In this document: positions 8,727 through 16,783 of the stretch, piece by piece | How the letters are laid out: every line of letters starts with the position of its first letter | Position numbering within the stretch: the first letter of the stretch is position 1 | Source: Candidatus Omnitrophota bacterium | GTDB lineage: Bacteria > Ratteibacteria > UBA8468 > MWAK01 | Reading direction: 5' to 3' | Length of the DNA: 37,241 nt | Assembly: GCA_043826355.1 (NCBI GenBank) | Contig: JBDRQI010000034.1 | Span: forward strand, 1-37,241 | Made by a program: the position numbers and the translations under genes | The notes under the pieces: generated by a model | The model's database searches: none | What the model was told of the DNA's origin: nothing | The model's input: only the letters and a program-made list of their open reading frames with translations

Positions 8727-11354
8727 TTAAGCGGGTATTTTGCGCTGTCTCTTCGGTCCGGTCCGCAAAGATACGCGGGAGGGAAGACGCAGTAAGATGA
8801 AACGGCCCCCGGAGATTGTTCCGGGATGTCGAAGCGTTACCGAACCTGCGCCGGTCAGCGTTATGCGCTGGAGGGCCAGTGCCCCGCCGATAACGGTTAA
8901 TCGGACGGTCAGGCCGCTGCGGGTCTTTGTCAGTTGACACCGCCCCCACGCACAACCGTTGGACCAGAAAAATGACCCCGGTTGCGCCGCAAACGTGATG
9001 GTCTTTGTGACTCCGGAATATTGGAACCCCGTCAGGGCCGGCACCGCGGCCCACGAAGCCATGGCCCGGGCGTAGTGATGGCCGCATTCCGCTTCGTCAA
9101 AAGGATTGCGCTTCAGTCCGTCATACCGTGCGCGGATTGCCCGGATGCAGCGAAGCCCGTCGCGCGTAAGATGTTCATACAACATGCCGGCGGCGGCGGT
9201 GTACTCAAATCCGGTCATCACTTCGTTATAGTAGGGAAACGGACGCTTAGGCCGCTTGTTTCGGGGGTAGGTCGCCATCAGCAATGCCGATTCATCACCA
9301 AGGACGAAACTGCGCCCGTTGTTAAAGTGATTGTTGAAATCCCGTTTGAAATTGTATTTCATGATACTGGCCAGCGCGGTGCGGACGTGATTTTGGTTAA
9401 GTATGTAGCCCAATCCGCACACATGCGCCATGAACTGTCCGGCTAACTGGTCCACCAGACAGCCGGCTCCGAGCTGGTAATCGGGCTCGGTTGCCTTTAT
9501 CGGGTCGTCTGTCAGGTGGAGACCCGGAGCGACAGCGGATGCATCGTCGGGTGGCCGGATTTCCTGTTCGTAGTATTCACCGTTGAACAGGTGAGTGTCT
9601 GTCCATCGGCTGCCCCGCCCGAATAAATCACGGCAGGTTGCGGCAAAATCTGTTTCACCCAGGTGACGCGCCATTTCTTCCGCGGCGCGCAATGCGCCCA
9701 GGTACCAACCACCCATCAAGGGGTTGGGGCCGTAATATTCCACGTCCATGGTATTATGCTGGCAACCCTCCATTACACCATCCCGGTCCGCATCCCAACC
9801 GCCGGGAACCCAACAGAATTCCAGCGCCTTGCGTGCCCTGGGCCACAAGGCCTTCAACATGCCGTCGTCGCCCGATAACTGCCAGTCGCGGTAGAGTTTC
9901 ATAATACAGCCCATCTGGCCGTCTGCCGCCGCTTTCCCATATTCTTTGCCGCGGTCCAGCGGCAGGGAGACGCGGAAACTCATCAAACCATTTTTGTCCG
10001 TGGCGTGAAGTAACTCGGTCTCCCGCATGGAACGCGAAAGAGTCCCAAACAAAAAAGCGGTGGCTTGCTCGTAATTCCATACGTGGGTAGCGCTGCCCAT
10101 ACAGCAGCCGGCGTTGTCCCGGCATCCTTCCCACCCAAAGAACCGTCCGTCCGCGGTGCGAAAGCACGTTTGCGAACGGAGCGTGCTGAGGTTGAAGAGC
10201 GCCGCTTCCTTTACCGCGTCCGGCAGACTGCTGTCACAAAAAGTGCGCACAAACCGCACCGTGTCGAATTCAAGCGCCGGCAGTTTCGCCGCAACCTGCT
10301 GCGCCGCTTCCCAGGCGTCCCGAAAACGAGTGGTATATTCGTTGCCAACCCTTTCATTCTCCGGGTAGTGTCCGGCACACCGTCCGGTGCAGCCTGAGTC
10401 AAGTTCCGGGCGGGGTGTCCAGGTATACCGGTTGGGAAAATGCCAGGTCAGCAGGAAGGTCACGGTTCGGGAACCGCGCGGAGGCACGCGCATTTTTACT
10501 GCCAGCGATCCGGTGGGTGCGTCTGCCCCATCCACCGCCCGTTCTTCCACTATTCCGTCCGTGCTGAAATCATCCCAGAAATCCAGGAGGGAATCGACCC
10601 AGTTCATTTTAGTCTTAGTCCAGGCGGTGCGCCAGCTTACGCCGGCACCGGCGGTTGTGGTTAGGGCCACGGTTCCCCATCGTTCGTCCAGCCGGTTAAT
10701 CTCCCCGGCGCGCATCAGAAGTCCCTGGACCTTTTCGCCTTTTCGGAATTCATTGCGATTCGCCCCGGGCCCTGCCGGAAAGAGCGTTCCGTTTACCCGC
10801 CGTTCGGCGGGGGAGCCATCGTCACCGATGAAGTTTTGAAGACTGCCGCACACGGACGCCTCGACGTTTTTATTCGTTTTGTTTATCAGGACAAATCTCA
10901 AAACCGCCACCGGCATACCGCTGCGGCTAACATCCGGGGGAATCAGCGGGTTGAACGCTTCCAGACGAACATCAAGCGGAACGTCGGGGTCGGACAGCAT
11001 AACCTGGCCCAGCGGATAGGCTGCGGCAAACGTGCAGTGGCGGAATTTCGGCAAACCGTGGTTTGGCACCGGGCATCCGGAATGACCTTCGTAAAGAAAG
11101 GATTCAATGGGCCCTTCCAGCGCCCTGGCAACCGCGTTTCCCCGGGAAGAGCGGGCATACAGCGCAAAAAAAGCATTCTTGGGGCTGAAACCTTTGGCCG
11201 GGCGATTGACAATCTCCCAATCCCGCAGGTCTCCGCGGCCGCCGAGCGAAACCGTACCGGTCCCGATTCCGCCTAACGGCAGCGCCATGCGGTGAAGATG
11301 CGCGGCATCATAACGACGGAGTACGGGCCAACCGGAAATAGTTTTTTTATTCAT
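8727..11354 (-). CDS. GH116 family glycoside hydrolase (non-lysosomal glucosylceramidase-like)
   Basis: 'MALPLGGIGTGTVSLGGRGDLRDWEI.NRP', 'THVWNY', 'AADGQMG', 'QHNTMDVE', 'EVMTGFEY', 'RNPFDEAECGHHYARAMASW'. Confidence 0.92.
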   Translation of the reverse strand: MNKKTISGWPVLRRYDAAHLHRMALPLGGIGTGTVSLGGRGDLRDWEIVNRPAKGFSPKNAFFALYARSSRGNAVARALEGPIESFLYEGHSGCPVPNHGLPKFRHCTFAAAYPLGQVMLSDPDVPLDVRLEAFNPLIPPDVSRSGMPVAVLRFVLINKTNKNVEASVCGSLQNFIGDDGSPAERRVNGTLFPAGPGANRNEFRKGEKVQGLLMRAGEINRLDERWGTVALTTTAGAGVSWRTAWTKTKMNWVDSLLDFWDDFSTDGIVEERAVDGADAPTGSLAVKMRVPPRGSRTVTFLLTWHFPNRYTWTPRPELDSGCTGRCAGHYPENERVGNEYTTRFRDAWEAAQQVAAKLPALEFDTVRFVRTFCDSSLPDAVKEAALFNLSTLRSQTCFRTADGRFFGWEGCRDNAGCCMGSATHVWNYEQATAFLFGTLSRSMRETELLHATDKNGLMSFRVSLPLDRGKEYGKAAADGQMGCIMKLYRDWQLSGDDGMLKALWPRARKALEFCWVPGGWDADRDGVMEGCQHNTMDVEYYGPNPLMGGWYLGALRAAEEMARHLGETDFAATCRDLFGRGSRWTDTHLFNGEYYEQEIRPPDDASAVAPGLHLTDDPIKATEPDYQLGAGCLVDQLAGQFMAHVCGLGYILNQNHVRTALASIMKYNFKRDFNNHFNNGRSFVLGDESALLMATYPRNKRPKRPFPYYNEVMTGFEYTAAAGMLYEHLTRDGLRCIRAIRARYDGLKRNPFDEAECGHHYARAMASWAAVPALTGFQYSGVTKTITFAAQPGSFFWSNGCAWGRCQLTKTRSGLTVRLTVIGGALALQRITLTGAGSVTLRHPGTISGGRFILLRLPSRVSLRTGPKRQRKIPA

Positions 11355-11390
11355 ATTTAAAGAAACAACGACGGCGGCGCCTCGGTCAGA

Positions 11391-12512
11391 TTACGGCCGA
11401 GTTCCTCCGGCAGGCGGACACTCCCTCTGCAGCCCGATGACCCCGCCGCCTAAGACCGTGTCTCCCTGGTAAAAAACGATTGATTGGCCTGGGGTTGCGG
11501 CAAATTGGGGTTTGCCGAATTTCACCCGCACTTTACCGTTTATGGGTTCAACCGTTACGGAAGTTTCCGGGTTTCGATAGCGAATCTTTGCCCTCGCCTT
11601 AAATATTTCCGAAGGTTTTCCACCAATCCAATTGAGGTCTGACACCAGAAGTTCCTTCCGGTAAACGGTCTCCTTTTCCGCTACGAGCAAGGCGTTGCGC
11701 GCCGAATCGATCTCGGCTACGTAAAGCGGCCCGGGCAAAGAGATTCCCAGGCCTTCCCTCTGGCCTACGGTGTAAAAAGAGATTCCTTTGTGCCGGCCAA
11801 GTAATTTTCCGTCCGGGCCGAAGATGGGGCCGGGGGTTGCCGCCTCCGGAATTCTGTCCCGGATAAACCGGCCGTAATCGTTATCCGGAATAAAACAGAT
11901 CTCCTGGCTGCCTTTCTTTCCGGAATTGGGAAATCCTAAAGACCGCGCTTTCTTCCGCACCTCCTCCTTGGTAAACCCTCCCAGCGGAAAAAGGAGGGCG
12001 GATAGTTGTTTTCGGGTAAGGTTGTAGAGAAAATAGGACTGGTCCCGTTTGGCGTCAACGCCTTTTTTGAGAAAAGACTGTGCGCCTTTTCTGATAATTC
12101 TGGAGTAATGGCCGGTGGCAACGTATTCGGCGCTGATTTCCTGCGCCTTTTTTAAAAAATACTCAAACTTAATCCGGCGGTTGCACATAATGCAGGGGTT
12201 GGGTGTCCGGCCGGAAAGGTAGGTCTGACAAAAATAGTCAATCACTTCTTTCTGAAATACCTTACGGCAGTTCAGGACATAATGGGGGATATGGAGAATC
12301 CGGGCAACTTTTCGGGCGTCTTCAATGGCGGAAAGACCGCAGCAGCCGCCCACCTCTTTTTCAGCGGGTTTACCCGCCGAAGCCCTGGCGTAGACGGGCC
12401 ATAGTTGGAGGGTAAATCCGATAACTTCACAACCGGCTTCCTTCAGGAGGCCGGCGGCAACCGAAGAATCGACGCCTCCGCTCATCAAAACCGCTACGCG
12501 CTTTTTTTTCAT
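11391..12512 (-). CDS. mnmA: tRNA 2-thiouridine(34) synthase MnmA
   Basis: 'MSGGVDSS' PP-loop, 'TPNPCIMCN', 'ATGHY', 'DQSYFL', 'SQEICF', 'YTVGQR.GLG', 'TPGQ.IVFY'. Confidence 0.96.
   Translation of the reverse strand: MKKKRVAVLMSGGVDSSVAAGLLKEAGCEVIGFTLQLWPVYARASAGKPAEKEVGGCCGLSAIEDARKVARILHIPHYVLNCRKVFQKEVIDYFCQTYLSGRTPNPCIMCNRRIKFEYFLKKAQEISAEYVATGHYSRIIRKGAQSFLKKGVDAKRDQSYFLYNLTRKQLSALLFPLGGFTKEEVRKKARSLGFPNSGKKGSQEICFIPDNDYGRFIRDRIPEAATPGPIFGPDGKLLGRHKGISFYTVGQREGLGISLPGPLYVAEIDSARNALLVAEKETVYRKELLVSDLNWIGGKPSEIFKARAKIRYRNPETSVTVEPINGKVRVKFGKPQFAATPGQSIVFYQGDTVLGGGVIGLQRECPPAGGTRP
12368..12398 (-). repeat. Family-A palindromic element, in frame inside mnmA
   Basis: Minus strand CCCGTCTACGCCAGGGCTTCGGCGGGTAAAC matches copies at 24795, 26224 and 31019; encodes PVYARASAGK. 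Confidence 0.75.
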
Positions 12513-12526
12513 TATAAACGTAATTT

Positions 12527-12598
12527 GTATGGGCGCGATTCATCGCGTCCGCGGGTCGGACGTCGCAAATCCGCCTCAGGCGGGAATCCGACCCCTGC
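12527..12598. repeat. GTAG-type REP doublet with a small hairpin in its second loop
   Basis: GTATGGGCGCGATTCATCGCGTCC...GGGTCGGA[..CCGCCTCAGGCGG..]AATCCGACCCCTGC; arms match 30985-31155. Confidence 0.75.
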
Positions 12599-13394
12599 TT
12601 GTCGGATTAAAACTGCCGGTACGATAGCCTTCTAAATCGAGAACAACAAATTTAAAACCTATTTTTTTAAAATATTTTGCGATTTTGAGATGCGCGTCTA
12701 ATATTTTATGGAAATTGTATTTATCAACTTCAATCCGGGCGATTTCCTGGTGATACCTGAGCCGGATATTCCCGGAAACACCCCGGCAACGTAAATATCG
12801 CTCGGCTTTGGCCACTTTTTCCAGCGCTTCACGGGTCAGGGGAATTCCGTAGGGAATCCGGCTGGCCAGGCAGGCGGCGGCCGGCTTTTCCGCGGTGGGT
12901 AAACTGAACTTCCGGGAAAGAACGCGCACTTCTTTTTTGGTAAGCCCGGCTTCCAGCAGGGGATGGCGAACCGAAAATTCCTTTGCCGCCCGGCTGCCGG
13001 GCCGGAAATCGGAAAGATCGCTCCTGGTGGTGCCGTCAACCACAAAAGGCAGGTTTTCCCTGCCGGCAATTTCCGCCAGGGTCTTGAATAATTCCTTTTT
13101 GCAAAAATAACAGCGGTTAACCGGGTTGGCGCGAAAATGGACGTCTGCCCACTCTCCGGTTTTTACTCTTTTGTGTTTCACGCCGAGCCGACAGGCAATC
13201 TCCCGGGCCGCCTTCAATTCTTCTCTCGGATAGGTTTCACTGGAAGCGGTCACTGCCAAAACCTTTTCGCCTAACGCATCAACCGCAACCTTAAGGAGCA
13301 GGGCGCTGTCTGTGCCGCCGGAAAAAGCGATGACCACACCCTTCATTTCTTTGAGGATGCGCTTTAATTTTTGGAGTTTTTTCTCGGGATACAT
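12576..13394 (-). CDS. larE: ATP-dependent sulfur transferase LarE (PP-loop, TIGR00268 family)
   Basis: 'IAFSGGTDS', 'NRCYFCK', 'DFRPG', 'KPAAACLASRIPYG', 'RLRYH..IARIEV', 'LDLEGYRTGS'. Start placed at ATG 13394 because the upstream extension is translated repeat DNA. Confidence 0.88.
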   Translation of the reverse strand: MYPEKKLQKLKRILKEMKGVVIAFSGGTDSALLLKVAVDALGEKVLAVTASSETYPREELKAAREIACRLGVKHKRVKTGEWADVHFRANPVNRCYFCKKELFKTLAEIAGRENLPFVVDGTTRSDLSDFRPGSRAAKEFSVRHPLLEAGLTKKEVRVLSRKFSLPTAEKPAAACLASRIPYGIPLTREALEKVAKAERYLRCRGVSGNIRLRYHQEIARIEVDKYNFHKILDAHLKIAKYFKKIGFKFVVLDLEGYRTGSFNPTSRGRIPA

Positions 13395-13400
13395 GTTCTG

Positions 13401-13494
13401 TGTCATCCTGAGCGCAGCGAAGGATCTCAACCGTTAACTGCGGGATTCTTCGCAAAACCGGCTCAGAATGACACCGGATTTACTCAGAATGACA
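13401..13494. repeat. GTCAT(C/T)CTGAGC-type long palindromic repeat
   Basis: TGTCATCCTGAGCGCAGCGAAGGATCTC...GGGATTCTTCGC...GCTCAGAATGACA inverted pair, plus a second CTCAGAATGACA end. Confidence 0.75.
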
Positions 13495-13505
13495 GCATGT
13501 TGGTG

Positions 13506-13901
13506 TTATTTCTGCTCGTTTTGTTTCTTTCGGTAATCGTCAATGGCGGCCTTCAGCGCTTCTTCTGCCAGGACCGAACAGTGCATCTTGATCGGCGGCA
13601 GTCCGCCTAAGGCCTCGGCCACCGCCTTGTTGGAAATCTTCAAGGCTTCTTCCAAGCTCTTGCCTTTAACCAGTTCCGTCACCATGGAACTGGTGGCGAT
13701 GGCCGCCCCGCATCCGAAAGTACGAAACTTGGCGTCGGCAATAATCTCGTTTTCCACCTTGATGAATAACTCCATAACGTCCCCGCAGACAGGATTTCCG
13801 ACTTTTCCCACGCCGGACGGATTCTCCATCACGCCGACGTTCCTGGGATTGCGGAAATGGTCCATCACCTTTTCACTGTACGGAAGAGGGGTGTCAGCCA
13901 T
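13506..13901 (-). CDS. iscU: Fe-S cluster assembly scaffold IscU/NifU
   Basis: 'YSEKVMDHFRNPRNVG', 'GNPVCGD', 'FRTFGCGAAIA', 'PPIKMHCSVLAEEA'. Confidence 0.95.
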   Translation of the reverse strand: MADTPLPYSEKVMDHFRNPRNVGVMENPSGVGKVGNPVCGDVMELFIKVENEIIADAKFRTFGCGAAIATSSMVTELVKGKSLEEALKISNKAVAEALGGLPPIKMHCSVLAEEALKAAIDDYRKKQNEQK

Positions 13902-15099
13902 TTTTAACTCCGGGGTTTGCCCCGTTGAGAGGAGTCCTCTTTACGGGGTAAAGCGGGGACATCGCCCGCAATTTAGCTACAATTTCAGGGAAAACGTCCA
14001 GTACCCGGTCAATCTGCGCCCGGGTAGTCCATTTGCCCAGGGTAAAACGGATGGAACCGTGGGCGGTTTCGGCCGGAAGGCCGATCGCCAGCAGAACTGA
14101 AGACGGCTCCAGGCTGCTGCTGGTACAGGCCGAACCGGTGGAAGCGGCAATCCCCTCCAGGTCAAGGTTTAAGAGCATGGACTCGCCTTCCACGTAGGCA
14201 AAGGAGATATTCACGTTATTGGGCAGCCGTTGCGTTGGGTGGCCGTTCAAGCGGCTGTCCGGCACCGCCTTTAAAATCCCCCGAATCAGCGCGTCGCGCA
14301 GTTGAGTCAACTCTTTTCCTTCCGCTTCCATTTCTGCGGCCGCAATCTCAACCGCCCTGGCCAGACCCACGATACCGGCCGTATTTTCGGTCCCGGCCCG
14401 GAACCGGCGTTCCTGGTCCCCTCCCTGGATTAAAGGCCTGATTTTTGTGCCGCGCCGGAGATAAAGAAAACCAACGCCCTTCGGACCGCAGAACTTATGG
14501 CCGGAAGATGAAAGAAGGTCAACCGTCAATTCGGAAACCCTGGTCAACAGATGACCGACGGACTGGACCGCGTCGGTATGAAAAAGCACGCCTTTCCCGC
14601 GGCAAATCCGGCCTATCTCCGCGATGGGCTGGATGGTGCCGATTTCATTGTTGGCGTGCATGATGGAAACCAGGATGGTCTTGTCGTTAAGCGTCTTCCG
14701 CACCGCATCCGGGTCCACCAGTCCATCCTTGTCCACCGGCAAAGCTATAATTTCAAATCCCTCTTTAGCCAGAAATTTGCAGGGCTCGCCAATCGCATGG
14801 TGTTCCACCACGCTGGTGATAATGCGGTTTCCTTTGCCTCTCAAAGCAAAAGCCGCCCCTTTCAGGGCGGTATTGTTGCTCTCGCTGCCGCCGGAAGTAA
14901 AGACTATCTCTTCGGGCCTGGCGCCGATGAAGTCCGCCACCTTCTGCCGCGATTCCTCCAGGGCCGCCTTTGCTTCCTGGCCGAAAGAATAGAGGCTGGA
15001 AGCATTGCCGAACTTATCGTAAAAATAGGGCTGCATCGCCTTAACCACCTCCGGGTGGCAGGGCGTGGTCGCCGCATAATCCAGATAGATTCGTTCCAT
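13894..15099 (-). CDS. iscS: Cysteine desulfurase IscS/NifS
   Basis: 'IYLDYAATTP', 'HANNEIGTIQP', 'HTDAVQ', 'SSGHKFCGPKG', 'STGSACTS'. Confidence 0.95.
   Translation of the reverse strand: MERIYLDYAATTPCHPEVVKAMQPYFYDKFGNASSLYSFGQEAKAALEESRQKVADFIGARPEEIVFTSGGSESNNTALKGAAFALRGKGNRIITSVVEHHAIGEPCKFLAKEGFEIIALPVDKDGLVDPDAVRKTLNDKTILVSIMHANNEIGTIQPIAEIGRICRGKGVLFHTDAVQSVGHLLTRVSELTVDLLSSSGHKFCGPKGVGFLYLRRGTKIRPLIQGGDQERRFRAGTENTAGIVGLARAVEIAAAEMEAEGKELTQLRDALIRGILKAVPDSRLNGHPTQRLPNNVNISFAYVEGESMLLNLDLEGIAASTGSACTSSSLEPSSVLLAIGLPAETAHGSIRFTLGKWTTRAQIDRVLDVFPEIVAKLRAMSPLYPVKRTPLNGANPGVKNG
13916..13952. repeat. TTTACCCCGT...ACGGGGTAAA-type palindrome in the iscS 3' end
   Basis: TTTGCCCCGT-TG-AGAGGA-G-TCCTCT-TT-ACGGGGTAAA; translated as the tail YPVKRTPLNGAN after the usual 'MSPL' terminus. 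Confidence 0.65.
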
Positions 15100-15107
15100 G
15101 TTTTAAG

Positions 15108-15130
15108 ACGGTGAACGGTAAATGGCAAAC
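15108..15130. repeat. Degenerate 7-mer tandem repeat
   Basis: ACGGTGA-ACGGTAA-ATGGCAA between rrf2 and iscS. Confidence 0.45.
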
Positions 15131-15132
15131 AA

Positions 15133-15579
15133 TTAAATATTATACAATAAAGATTGTCCGTCTACTTTTTTACTGCGCTGCTGCTCGGCCAGTTTTGCCA
15201 GGGTCCAGCGCTTCAGAATCGTCTCCATCGCCTTTTTCATCTCCAGCCACAGGTCCCGGCTGGCGCACATTTTACTCCGCTTGCAGAAAGAGGTATCTTC
15301 AAGGCATTCCACGATGGAAAGAGAGCCCTCGCTCGCCTTAAATATTTCCAGGAGCGTAATATCCTCTGCCGGCCGTCCCAGGATAAAACCGCCTTTGGCG
15401 CCCCGGATACTCTTGACCAGGCCGGCCGTCTTAAGGTTTAGAATCAACTGCTCCAGATACCGGGAAGAAATCTCCTGACGTCTGGCAACCTCCCGGAGAA
15501 GCACCGGCTTGTCACCCAGGTGCAGGGTAAGGTCAAGCATCAGCCGTACCGCATACCGTCCCTTGGTGGATAATTTCAT
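15133..15579 (-). CDS. Rrf2 family transcriptional regulator (IscR/CymR-like)
   Basis: 'MKLSTKGRYAVR', 'ISSRYLEQL', 'SIRGAKGGF.L', three Cys 'CLEDTSFCKRSKMC'; first gene of the iscS-iscU operon. Confidence 0.92.
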   Translation of the reverse strand: MKLSTKGRYAVRLMLDLTLHLGDKPVLLREVARRQEISSRYLEQLILNLKTAGLVKSIRGAKGGFILGRPAEDITLLEIFKASEGSLSIVECLEDTSFCKRSKMCASRDLWLEMKKAMETILKRWTLAKLAEQQRSKKVDGQSLLYNI

Positions 15580-15588
15580 TTTATTAAT

Positions 15589-15617
15589 ATATTATCAAAT
15601 CACTAATCTTTTGTCAA
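15589..15617 (-). promoter_or_regulatory. sigma70 promoter of the rrf2-iscS operon (probably leaderless)
   Basis: TTGACA (15617-15612), 17 nt, TAATAT (15594-15589); ATG 9 nt downstream with no SD. Confidence 0.6.
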
Positions 15618-15633
15618 ATCCTTGAAACTTTTC

Positions 15634-15689
15634 GTAGTCGCCAACCTTGGTTGGCTCTTTTGACAACGCCGAGCAAGCTCGGCAACTAC
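15634..15689. repeat. GTAG-type REP inverted doublet (REPIN-like)
   Basis: GTAGTCGCCAACCTTGGTTGGC...GCCGAGCAAGCTCGGCAACTAC: two hairpins bounded by GTAG and CTAC. Confidence 0.75.
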
Positions 15690-15693
15690 AATT

Positions 15694-16746
15694 TCAGATT
15701 TTAAATCTTTTCAAGAATTTCCCTTTACTGTACGGGGGTCGGATAACCCCCTGGTCGGTGATAAAGGCGGCAACCAGGGAAGCGGGCGTCACGTCAAAAG
15801 CCGGGTTACAGATTTTGATGCCGGCCGGAGCAATCCTTTTTCCGCCGAAACAAACAATTTCATCCCCGCACCGTTCTTCAATCGGGATAGACCCCCCATC
15901 CGGAATATCAAAGTCAAAGGTAGTTGCCGGCGCCGCAATATAAAAGGGTACCCTGTGGTACCGGGCCAGAACCGCCAGGGAATAAGTGCCCACTTTATTG
16001 GCGGCGTCTCCGTTGGCCGCTATCCGGTCTGCGCCGACCAGAACCAGGTCCACCCTCTTCTGCCGCATCATCCAGCCGGCCATATTGTCACAGATAAGGG
16101 TAATATCGACTCCCCGCCTCTGTAATTCCCAGGCGGTCAGCCGGCTGCCCTGCAGGAGCGGCCGGGTCTCATTAACGAAGACGGATATTTTTTTGCCCTT
16201 TTCTTTTGCTTTAAAGATTACGGCCAGGGCGGTTCCGGCTCCGGCAGTGGCCAAAGCGCCGGCGTTGCAGTGAGTCAGGATGACAGCGCCGGCCGGAATA
16301 AGCGGAAGACCGGATTCGGCAATCCGGTCGCAGAAAGTCTCATCTTCCTTATGTATCTTTTTTGCTTCCAGCAAAATCTTCTTCTTTCCCTCCTCCAAAG
16401 AAGAAAAGGGCTTGTTTTTAAGTTTCTCTTCCACCCGGCGCAACGCGGTGAACAGATTGACTGCGGTGGGACGGCTGGTTTCAAGGTAGGACTTGACTTG
16501 ATGAACCTGCGCCAGAAAATCCGAACGCTGCTGGCCCTTAACGCCCAGATAGAGGCCGTAGGCGGCGGCAACCCCAAGGGCCGGCGCGCCCCTGACCCTT
16601 AAATTTCTGATAGCCTCCCAGACATCCTCTGCGTTCTTCAGGTCACGATAAACTTCTTTCTGCGGCAGTTCGGTCTGGTCCAGAATCCGCAGGGCCTGAC
16701 CGGTCCAGGCCAGGGTGAAGTATTCGTTTTTTTTCAGTTTAAGCAT
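15694..16746 (-). CDS. mtnA: S-methyl-5-thioribose-1-phosphate isomerase
   Basis: 'LDQTELP', 'VRGAPALG', 'SRPTAVNL', 'LTHCNAGALAT', 'ETRPLLQGSRLTAWEL', 'GADRIAANGD.ANKVGT', 'NPAFDVTP'. Confidence 0.95.
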   Translation of the reverse strand: MLKLKKNEYFTLAWTGQALRILDQTELPQKEVYRDLKNAEDVWEAIRNLRVRGAPALGVAAAYGLYLGVKGQQRSDFLAQVHQVKSYLETSRPTAVNLFTALRRVEEKLKNKPFSSLEEGKKKILLEAKKIHKEDETFCDRIAESGLPLIPAGAVILTHCNAGALATAGAGTALAVIFKAKEKGKKISVFVNETRPLLQGSRLTAWELQRRGVDITLICDNMAGWMMRQKRVDLVLVGADRIAANGDAANKVGTYSLAVLARYHRVPFYIAAPATTFDFDIPDGGSIPIEERCGDEIVCFGGKRIAPAGIKICNPAFDVTPASLVAAFITDQGVIRPPYSKGKFLKRFKI

Positions 16747-16755
16747 TAGGAAATT

Positions 16756-16775
16756 ATTATATCATGGGGTATAAT
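16756..16775. promoter_or_regulatory. Back-to-back TATAAT boxes (bidirectional leaderless promoter)
   Basis: Minus strand TGaTATAAT (16764-16756) lies 9 nt before the mtnA ATG; plus strand TATAAT (16770-16775) lies 8 nt before ATG 16784. Confidence 0.6.
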
Positions 16776-16783
16776 AAAAAACT

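Noticed and set aside
13395..13430. larE extension MRSFAALRMTQN
   Set aside because: Translation of the palindromic repeat.
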